In this document: positions 53,939 through 64,000 of the stretch, piece after piece | How the letters are laid out: each line of letters starts with the position of its first letter | Numbering within the stretch: position 1 is the stretch's first letter | Source: Paraglomus brasilianum | Taxonomy: Eukaryota | Assembly (NCBI GenBank): GCA_910592345.1 | Contig: CAJVPI010000051.1 | Location: 1-64,000 of the forward strand | Length of the DNA: 64,000 bases | Direction: 5' to 3' | The notes under the pieces: model-generated | What the model was told of the DNA's origin: nothing | Seen by the model: the letters and a program-made list of their open reading frames with translations, nothing else | Databases searched by the model: none | Program-made: the position numbers and the translations under genes

Positions 53939-55082
53939 GCGAGGCACAGGAATCCGTCGAAATTTCCGCATGATTGTATTTTAAGTTTTCGAGAATTAAC
54001 AATTTTAGATATTGCTTGATAATAATCACGTGAAATTATTTCCATTTTTGTCACAATGTTTTCGCGCATTTATTACTTTGACACTAACATCAACGTCTAC
54101 ATCTATATATAGCACTTTACAAAAGTATCAGAAATTACTGTTGAGTATTTTTTTTTCTATTAAGAGCTTTTGATCACACCAAGGCCTGGGTTTCGGCCTA
54201 GCAACTACATTTTAGCTCTGTGCTCGAATGGATCTCTCTGTTCTGAACGAGCTGAGAACGGTGCTGATTGTATGGACCGCAGTCTCCAGTATTAGCCGCC
54301 AAGTATTGATCGCAGAAACAGTGCTGCTGTTTGGCTACATTTTTTTGTTAATTGCTTGTCAAATAACTAGTTTAATTCAGCTAATGAAATCGGTTTACGA
54401 GCATTTTCACTATAATTGGACTATCTGAAGCTTGCCCTTGAGAAACTGAAAGAATGGGATGATAGTAAAATTGCTCAGAGAGCGATCAACTTGCTGAATC
54501 GGCAGGCGGTAAATTGTTCTGCTAACGAATGTGCACACAGCATTGCAGTTAATTTTTAATAATTCAATGTGTCTATTTCGTTCCAAGAAGCTTGAACAAG
54601 TATTATACAATATTTACTTAAGACCTGCAATTCTTAATCGCCTTTACTCATATAACTCGCTGTTTTGATTAGGCAAGTCATATTCGCGCTCTCACGACAA
54701 CTCTCAGAAAATGCATGAGAATATGATGCCATATCATGATCAGGCGATCAACCAACGGATATTGAAAAACAAACGAGGAATTTGATTCTTGATTATATAA
54801 CAAAGTCCAATAGGTTTGAGAATGAAAAGAGCAAACATTCTTTATAGGGTTTCAAGTAATTTGATGTCATATGTTCACTTGTCCATAAGATTACAATCTA
54901 GTATTTGTCAAGTTCGAGATCTTTTTACAACACATATACGCAATTGTTATAAACTAATTCTGTAAAATTGTAAGTCTAATTGTTCAAAATTTGTCATAAA
55001 TACGTTTATTTATACAATTTGCAACCGTTTATGGTAACATTTGTCGAATTCTAAAAAATGAAACGTAACGAGTCCACTCTAC

Positions 55083-58000
55083 CTACATGGCCTCGTTAAT
55101 TATCTCAAATGCCTTTTTATACACATCAAGCATAGTTTTACATTTCTGTCTCTCGTTTGCGAGATTCTCATCCTCTTGTAACAGATCAGAAAACAATTCC
55201 TCCTTATACAACTCTGACACTAAGCGGTTCTGGACGGCTTCACGCGAGTAATTAACAAGAAGGTGCATGATGGATTTAGGTACTAAATCCTGAATTGTCT
55301 TCCGAACAATATTAAAATATGATGTAATCAAGGAGCCTAGAATGATGAAATATTATTGTGCAAGAATAATCAATATTTAGCATATCCACGATATAAATTA
55401 CAAGTCGCGAAAAGTCTAATTCAGAATGACTTACGTATAAGCTGCGCTTCCATTTGTTCCCGCTCGGTTAAATTTGAATTGTCATCGGATAGCGACGTCT
55501 ATCGTATTAAACGAGCAAACATCAGTTAGAAAGCTCGCTACCCCGGCGTGTTGTCATCATGACAGTTAATGTCATTTTCATCTTTTTCTATTTCAATGCT
55601 GTATACTCTTTCCCACACGTACACTATCAAACTTCTTCTCCAATTCATCCATATCCATAGGTATGGCCTTAGAATACACACTGGATCGGCCACTGCTTCC
55701 CTGATCAGGTATTACGGTACGATCTGCTTTGTTGCCACTCCCAAAAAAGTATGTAAGAAAACTTTCACGTTGAGACCATGAATTAGAACCAGACGATATC
55801 CCGTTTAGGCTGTAATCTCGCATATGGCTATCTGTATAAAGATCCGAATTTGAAGAAGTCTCGAGAGCATCATCTCTTGATGAACTTGTTAGGCCGTTGG
55901 TGGCTTTTTCATTGTGAGACGCATTGCTCAAATTAGCTGTCTGTTTTCGATAGTAAGTACAATACCCCAAATAAAAACAATTAAGTAAAATTCGAGGTAG
56001 GAATCCACACATTTCGTTTGTTTAATTACCCGTCTCTGGTGTTTCTCGACATCCCTTCTTTTTTTTTCATTCTGTTTGACTATATCCGATATAGCCCCAC
56101 CTCCACCAATGAAATCAGGATGATTAGTATTGATGTATGCTCGTTGAATGGCAACAAGACTCTCGACATATTCCGTTGTCGGGGGTAATCGTTCGCGTAA
56201 CAAGTCAGAAACTACTTCAAGAAGTTTAGCATGTAGTCTTGGAAATTGATCAAGCTCCTGCTGCCCAATGTTGACATTATTTAGAAGAGTCCAATTTCAT
56301 TACCAAAAAGTACCACATGACGTTAGTATCACGGAAATACCTTACTTCCACAGTTATGACATATTTTTATCAATTCCTCGTAAACAAGTTCAACGCATCG
56401 AATACTTGGCGGTTCTAGCAATTGTATCTGCGGTCTAACCAATAAGTCAAACGCTATTTCTGGAACAAAAAGAAATGGTCGCGGACCAGTGGAATTACGA
56501 ATAGCCGTCCTTATGTCTTGTATACTCAAATTGTAGCCGGGTTGAATAGAGTCTAAAGCAGCACCAAAAACGTTATTGAAAATATAATATATTCGTGCGC
56601 CACCTGATCTGTATGATACAAAACGAATAACGTAAGTCTCAATTGTATTGTACGATAATAAAGTATTTGGTAAACCCACAATTCTTTAGTTGATATTTCT
56701 TCTGCAGTGCCGTCAATGGATGCCATGAAATCAAGTGCGAATTTGTTGAGAAGTTTTAGTATCAAAGCAGCCTAGATTCAAAATTGGTCATGTTGTTGCA
56801 TCAGATATCTGAATTAACATAAGTTACAATTGATAATTATCATGACAAACCTTTTGAGCTTTGCCAGTGAGTGCACCATCTCCATACAATCCAAGCTCTT
56901 GTTGCGTTTGTGAAATAAGAGCATTGATCCGTGCCTTCATATCAGGTAATCTTTCTCGAATATGATTCATGAGAATCTTAAGATGCAATCGATGTATTTG
57001 TCGATGTGAGCCAATCAAATTAGCCATAATTCCTACTATGAGCGCGAATTTTCTACATTATAAAGTCCTATCTTATAACTACAACTTCTCATTTACGCAT
57101 TATTCATATTACAGCCTACTCATCCATAATAATACCATTGTAAATATACGTCAAAGCGCTACGTACGATATTCAAAGTCTTAGCCAGAAAGGGCGTTCCA
57201 CATCTCGAGGAAATGCTCCGATACGCAGGATGATGTTTAAAGAACTCTACTTCTGCCTTCAATGCCTCTGTCATTGGTTTATTGGTGGCAATGTCATGTT
57301 GACTACGGTTGACAACGCCAATAAATCCGAGTTTAAGCGGATAGACACGTCCCGTGAGAATATCAAGTGCGTTGGTGCCCGCGTCCATCAAATCTAATTT
57401 AGTCAAGACGCCAATAGTTCGCCGACCTAAAATTTCAAATGGCACATGAGACAACCAATTGCAGAAGGAAAAGACGATCATGCGAGCAAAGCAACGAGTT
57501 TCCAGACAAACCTTCTGAATCAACTTGCTTCGCAAGTTTTAAACTTTCAGAGTTGACCAGATCTACATTCGCCGGACTAACAGCCAGAATTATACTGAAA
57601 GAGACAAAATTTTACCAAGGTTACGATGAATTACATCCTCCCAATGCTTTCAGTACATGGAAAACCTATAAAGAATGCTTGCTCTTTTCATTCTCACAAT
57701 GATATCAAACCTATTGGGCTTTGTTATATAATCAAGAATCAAATTCCTCGTTTGTTTTTCAATATCCGTTGGTTGATCGCCTGATTATGATATGACAAAT
57801 TCGTTAGATGTTCTGTATATAGCTCCCAAAAAAAATAATAGTTGCTTACCAACAGGAATCTAGAATGCAAAAAGCCCAAGGTACAACCAATTTTTTATTA
57901 CGCTCACGCTGCCATCAAAATCAATTATTTTCATTATACGTACGCTACCTTCGTCAATCCAGGCAAATCAACCAGTGTCAAATTCAATACTTTGGAAGAG

Positions 58001-58377
58001 AATATCTTCAGATGAATAGGCGATTTTGAAATCCCTTTATTCTGACCAGCGACTCTTGCCGTCTCGGCTTCTATCTCTTTCCTAATCTCCACAAAATCGG
58101 TAAATTTTTGAGCAGGCGCGTGTAGGAATTCGCCATATTCTTGTGTCGTAGAGTCGTCGGATTGTGATATGTTTACAAGCTGAAGAACTAACGGACGGCG
58201 AGTAATGATTCCATTCCCTCGCGGTAGAAAATCACGTTGAACAATATTTTCAAGAACAGAGGATTTTCCAGAAGATTGTGAGCCTACTACAATGATCTGT
58301 GGTAGATCCACAGTTTCACTGCCGATCGTATTGAAAACGTCTTGGAGCTTATTTACCAAAGGAATAAGATCATTCAT
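55083..58377 (-). CDS. DNM1: Dynamin-related GTPase for mitochondrial/peroxisomal fission (multi-exon)
   Basis: [32 protein letters not shown], insert-B motif FLTYFFG and [19 protein letters not shown]. Confidence 0.95.
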
Positions 58378-58671
58378 GTTGGTAGTTCTTATAGAGGAAC
58401 GGTTTAATAACTAAACGTTGTTATATATTCTAGACTTTCTGGCAAAACGGTAAACAAGGAAAAACCTCATAAGAACGAAAATAAACAAATGTGACAAAAC
58501 AGTTGTACTACAATGGTCTATGTTACACACCTTGCGCCACTGCGTAATACAAATGCAAAGATCGTCGTGTAAATTATTACTGACAATATGTTTACTCTTA
58601 TTTCTTGTCGCAAGTCTGACTAAAGCAAAGAATTATAAAAGAATTCCCGAGAATAATTCCATTATCTATAT

Positions 58672-60432
58672 ATGGCACCAGACATATCGAAATCCCTGCC
58701 AAAATCAGTAACAGAAAACGATCTTGAGCACTTTCGGCAGGAATGGCGTGCAGAAGTCGAACTCAGAAAGTCTCGTGCGCAGCAGCTCGATGATCATTCG
58801 AGCCAGGCTTCCAATGCAAGGGACAACAGGCTGCATGTGGACGACTCGACGCAAACTACGACTTTGAGCCTTGAGAATATAGAGCATTCTTTTCTAGAGT
58901 TGAGCTTGAGTGAACAGTTAAACAGAGAAAAGAAGGAAGCAGAGTGTGATGGTGTCCCCAGGACTGCATTGGAATATTATGTCCGTGCTGTTGCTAATGA
59001 ACGAGAGGGGAACTTGAATGAAGGTAGAGATTGAGACGTAGGAAATGATGTTAACTTATACCTTACTGTCGGGTAATTACATTAACATGGTTTATTATTG
59101 TTTCTAGCGATAAAGGGCTATAAAAAAGCGATAGCACTTGATTCCGACATCGAACATATCTATCGTAATCACTTTAATGTCGACTCCCGTGACTCTCAAC
59201 TCGAGAATCAGACACTATCCAACCAACGTTTACCTCAAATAGACGGTGATTCGCTCTTACCCCCCGGATATAGCGCTGATGAGCTCGGCTATACTAGTTC
59301 CTCCCGCTCTTCAATATACACGTACATGAATTCGCTCCTTAATTCCTTTCATGAAGGCTCATTAGACTATATTCCTCTCAAACCCAATAGTATTGTGCAT
59401 ATATCCAAATTACCTAACGAATTAATAGTAAATATTTTGAAAACATTGATCTTTGAAGATGTGAGGGGTGTTACAAGGTGCGCATTGGTATGCAAGAAAT
59501 TTTGTTTGTTATCATACGAGAATTCTGTGTGGCGATTCCTGTGTGAGATTGCACATTGCGGGTGGAACTTGTCTCTTACTGCGTCCACTCTGGTGTTAAA
59601 GAAGGACGTATTGAATTACGACAACAATTGGAGGAGAATGTTTATTGAAAGGTTGGCAATGGGTTTGGTGGCGAGTTGTTGAAATGAACTGTAGATTGCT
59701 GATATGATCAATTTTTAGACCCAGAATACGATATGATGGGGTATACATATCCAGATGCGCATATCCAAGGTATTCTATCAATCAATGCTAAGTGAAGAGA
59801 CAAGCATAAGGATCATATTAGTTTTGCGTAAATCAACATTGATTATTATAATATCTTATTTTGAATTAGAGCGGGCTCTGATGAAAATGCCTGGACTCAA
59901 CCGATTCACGTTGTAATATATCATCGATTCCTAAGGTTCTATGCAGACGGTAGTTGCACTAGTTTGTTGACTACCAGAGAACCGAAATCGGTTGTTTACA
60001 CATTAGGACCTGATTTCAGGTCAAAACAACTCATGGCGGGCCAGTGGGGATTCGATGTCGAGAGTAGTACCGTCAACATTGAACTTAAAGATTTGGATCT
60101 CCCAAATCACACGTTTTACATGACATTGGAGCTAGAATCGACACATCGTGGTAAACACAACAAGTTACTATTGCATGGTAAGTCGCCAGACGACCATATT
60201 ATATGACGCTATCTGCTGTTCATACAGTCATTAATTATATTAATGTATTGTTAGAGTATACGTGTGTTAATAATCTGACTAATTGTGGGGATAATGTGAA
60301 AATGGGCCGCGAGAGACCATTTTTCTTCAGCAGGGTAAGCTTATTAGTCAAATTGAGTTTGTTAACACACCAAATATTATCTAACGATTCAATTATAAAC
60401 TATAGGTAGCCACATATCCTGTTGGGTGGTAA
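58672..60432 (+). CDS. HRT3: F-box protein, HRT3/FBXO9-like (multi-exon)
   Basis: LEHFRQEWRAEV, TPR-like ALEYYVRAV..EREGNLNEAIKGYKKA, F-box LPNELIVNIL..VCKKF, RPRIRYDGVYIS, YHRFLRFYADG, PFFFSRV; stop TAA at 60430-60432. Confidence 0.88.
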
Positions 60433-61032
60433 TTAAAAGTCTTCAATCTGTAATGATTTAAAACAAGCTCTATTAATTTAAATTAAGCATAATAAATTCT
60501 ACAACATTACATTACGACTCTATGGTTCACAAATGCAGCTGTATTTGTAAATGCTATCTATTAATGGTTGCTCCACTGTTCTTACTTGTTGACCAGTTTA
60601 ATTAATTTCATTTCTATAATGCTTACTCCCCTACATGGCTTATTCTGCTAGTACCCCTCATTTCGCCATTATACTTTCTTTGTATTTTGTCATTCTCGGT
60701 TATGTATCAATCAGCATACCTTTCTTGTTTGTTTCATGAAACTCCCGAACTACAAATTAGGCACCACACATCACATGATTTCAGCCGAGCGCAGTGACAA
60801 TTTGACAACGATATCTATCACTAAACACATTAGGACGTGTTACTAAACTAAAAGTGACGTGTCATTTGATTTTGTCAATATAAAAAGCTCGAGGAATATT
60901 ATAAATTATGCGGGTTGCTTCTAGTGCCTGTCTCTCGTAAAGTAAATAGCATACCTTCTCCAAACTTTATAAAATCAGAACACAGCCAACTCTATCAAAT
61001 ACCGACAGACAACTCACAAGTATCAGCACAAG

Positions 61033-61887
61033 ATGTCTGCAACATCAACATACACTCCTCCTATAGATTTAACTAGATCCCCAACGGGGAGGCGACGTAG
61101 AAGGCCAGGGGGAAGCGAAATAATAACAATAGACGATGACAGTGCACCCATGCGGACAACGACACACCCCACACCAGCGCGAAGGATACCCCCGATGCAT
61201 CAGACAAGTAACCCCACACCCTTTTCTCCAGACAGTTTTGAAAGCGGATTGAGTCACAATCCTTCAAGATTGAATATTGGTGGTGAGTTTTTGAGAGGCT
61301 AAGTTGATGGTATTATTAGAGATAAGATGAACGAATGCTATTTCTCAAGCTTAGATGTTAAGAGCTGCAAATATCAATCATGAATATTTGACTATAAGGA
61401 GTAGTTCATATTATTTGCATCATAACATCTAAGTCCGCTATCTTGGCATTTGAAGTCCGATAACAATTATTTTCTTTCCTATTCGGTAACAGTGATTGTC
61501 AGCATGTTCTACCCTTTTTCTGGGAATCTGCATTCGCAATCACCACCTAATCCTTCGAGGCCATCATCAACACGCTCCCGTCGCGAAGGCACACCCCACA
61601 TAGTACACGAAAGTCCTGACTTGGTAGAGCTGAGCACTCCTCCCCCTCGAAAGCCTCAGCCAGAAGAGAAACCCCCTCAACCCGGACATGTCGTGGATCT
61701 TGATGAAACCAAGATATTAGTGTGTTGTGAATGCGATCAGATGTTAGGAGAGAAACTGTGGACATTAAAATGTGGACATATTATTTGTGGTGGATGTGTT
61801 GATACTTCTAATAATTTAAAGAACAAAGTGTGCCCGAGTTGTGGGGCGAAAACAAGAACAAGTAATCTACAACAGCTTTATGTATAA
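61033..61887 (+). CDS. SUMO-targeted ubiquitin ligase-like protein (multiple SIMs plus C-terminal RING; RNF4/Slx8/Rfp-like)
   Basis: SIM-like PIDLT, IITIDDD, LVELS and VVDLDE; terminal RING C.EC..KCGHIICGGC..CPSC..LQQLYV. The in-frame join requires intron 61283-61492. Confidence 0.75.
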
Positions 61888-62355
61888 GGTTTCTTTTACA
61901 CTTTGTATTGTTACAAGTTTCTTTTTTTCAGAAAAGATATCCAAGGAAAGTTTATACATTTGTAAACAACGTGAAATTTATAACCAAATATATCGACATT
62001 GGTCAGATTATTTTACACGAAAAAGAAAAAAAAAAAGAGATAAAGCCACCAGCAAGATATAAACTAGATACTCAAAAACTTTTTGTTATGTTACTTATAT
62101 ATATATTTATTTCGGTTTCGTAGATATCTATTGGTGAGGTGGATACTTTACTCCCATGCTCTTGACATAAAGTTAAAGCAGACATCACAAACTATTCGTA
62201 GCAATGAAAAGTTCATACATATACAATGGTCTCTCCTAATTGTAAATCCTATACCCAAATTCTTTAATATTTGGATAAAAATAATAACTCATAGGCTTCC
62301 TTTTTTAACTGTTCCTACACGCGACTGCATTCGCCCAAACCCAACTTTTTCGAAA

Positions 62356-64000
62356 TTATCTTGTTCTTCGAGCAGCCTTTCTTTCTGGTTTATTCAATCG
62401 TCTCGGTTGTAGTGGTGCCATCTGAGCAGTTGCTTTAGCTCTTTCTCGTTCCGTTAACTGCGGTGCCTCGTTAAGAGAAGGCTCATTTCTTGTTTGGGTT
62501 CGATCAAACCAGCCCAGAGAAAATACCGATTTCACCGATGAAATAGTATTCAACAAAGTTCGGAAGAATCCTCGAGGCTGGACTTGAGGATTTACATTCA
62601 CCTCATCTTCGGTAATTGCATTAAGTGATGTGGATTGTGCATTAAGTGATGTGGATTGTACAGATGCATTAAGTGATGTTGATGGTACAGGTGCAGTAGG
62701 TGATATGGATTGTACAGGTTCGTTAAGTGACGTGGATGGTACAGATTGTGTTGTTGGTGTCACTTCCGCAGTATGCGACTCGACTATATCATCGTATATA
62801 ATCGACGAGACTTCGTTGGTCCTTGGCGGATCGAAAATAATTGATGAAGCTTCATTGGCTTCCGGTGGATCGAATATAATCGACGAGACTTCGTTGGTCC
62901 CTGGCGGATCGAAAATAATCGATGAAGCTTCCGGTGGATCGAATATAATCGATGAGAATTCATCGGCTTCTGGGGGATCGAATATGGTCGCTAAGACCTC
63001 ATTGGCCTCCGGCGGATCGAATACTGAAAAGGCATCATTGGTCTCGGGGGGGTCTAAATCTATGCTCTCTATTATAGTATTAATAGTCCTTTCTCCAGGC
63101 GAATCTATATCTATGCTCTCCATTACAGCACTAGTAGACCTTGTTCCTATATGAACCTTCTTCATTTTCGTTTCGATAATTAGTGCATCATTCTGTATCT
63201 CCCCATCGCTGTCCTCGATTTCAATAATCTCTATTTTTCGTGCTGTATTATCATTATCAATATCAATATCATTGTTCAAATGTGGCGCGCGTCCGACGCT
63301 TGTGTTACTTATTATTGGGGTTTTCACAGGTTTTGATAGTCGGATAGGAATTGGTACGGAGAACATATGAGAAATAAACTTAAAGATAGCTGGGAAAGCC
63401 GTTCCCGAAGTATATTCGTGCTTCGTATGTCCTGTGACAGGATAAATGTGAAATTCAAAGATAAACATATGATCATAACGTCTATTAATGGAGTGCGATT
63501 ATTTACCTGCCGACAAGCACGGACACCCATAATTTGCTGCATCAGGAACTGGCGTATCCAACGGCTCGGGTGACTTGACCCAATTGATGGTAACGCGGGA
63601 AAACCATAATCGCAAAAATTCGGGTATAAGGGAAATGTTGTGGGCGCTGTCCGTGAGAGCGATGGCCTTGATTCGGTTACAGAATTCTTCGGCTTATTAG
63701 GAAAAAAAAACAAAAACGATATTTATATGGCGGGTTGGCATACATGCGTCTATAGTTAAAACGATGTATGTACTCACCAAGTTCCTTTAGGAGATTTGTG
63801 GTACAAAGACCACCAAGACTGTGTGCTATAATTACAATATCTTCCGCCGCCGTTGCTCTGCAAAACAAAGTAAAAATTAAACTCAATTACCTGCGGCTCT
63901 CACATGTTCTTTGTCCATTTCATCTAACACTAACCTTACAAAGTTCTTCCAAACGTAAAGGCTATGCTCAATTGGAGTTGCAGAACATTCTATGCTATGG
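62356..64000 (-). CDS. Arb2/FAM172A-like alpha/beta-fold protein with long repetitive C-terminal tail (5' end beyond the window)
   Basis: Spliced: PIEHSLYVWKNFV, IVIIAHSLGG, IKAIALTDSAH, NWVKSPEPLDT..CPCLSAGHTKHEYTSGTAFPAIFKFI, matching FAM172A/Arb2 motifs (recalled); followed by about 340 aa of low-complexity tail. Confidence 0.85.
62615..63060 (-). repeat. Coding tandem repeats: about 39-bp FDPP(E/G/R)xNExSSII units and STSLN units
   Basis: ggcggatcgaaaataatcgatgaag-type units at 62790-63060 and gcattaagtgatgtggat-type units at 62615-62745. Confidence 0.9.

Noticed and set aside
62630..63154. 174-aa plus-strand ORF
   Set aside because: Antisense shadow of the repetitive Arb2-like tail

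Overview
Intron-rich, AT-rich eukaryotic DNA, almost certainly from an early-diverging fungus. Mucoromycota (probably Glomeromycotina-like) is an inference from the gene families, not shown directly. Conserved housekeeping genes sit at both ends. Left: mitochondrial SHMT, a TGL1/YEH-type lipase and an Elongin-B-like ubiquitin fold. Right: DNM1, an HRT3/FBXO9 F-box, a SIM+RING STUbL-like ligase and an Arb2/FAM172A-like gene. Between and around them are lineage-expanded genes that look like immunity or conflict factors. These are a SPRY + beta-propeller + TRP-type channel, a head-to-head BTB-BACK-TLDc pair, a tail-anchored SAM protein and an MLKL-like four-helix/pseudokinase/Sel1 protein. Also present are decayed Crinkler-type REase, SUKH-like and AAA+PD-(D/E)xK pseudogenes. 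Mariner, pogo/Tigger and Tc1 relics and a MITE are interspersed. An intronless YAP-type bZIP is followed upstream by about 15 kb without an intact gene. The most notable signals are the MLKL-like pseudokinase with a possible Sel1-less splice form, and the SPRY-fused TRP channel. Exon boundaries were derived by hand from GT-AG sites and frame continuity; no database searches were run. No tRNA, rRNA or CRISPR array was found.
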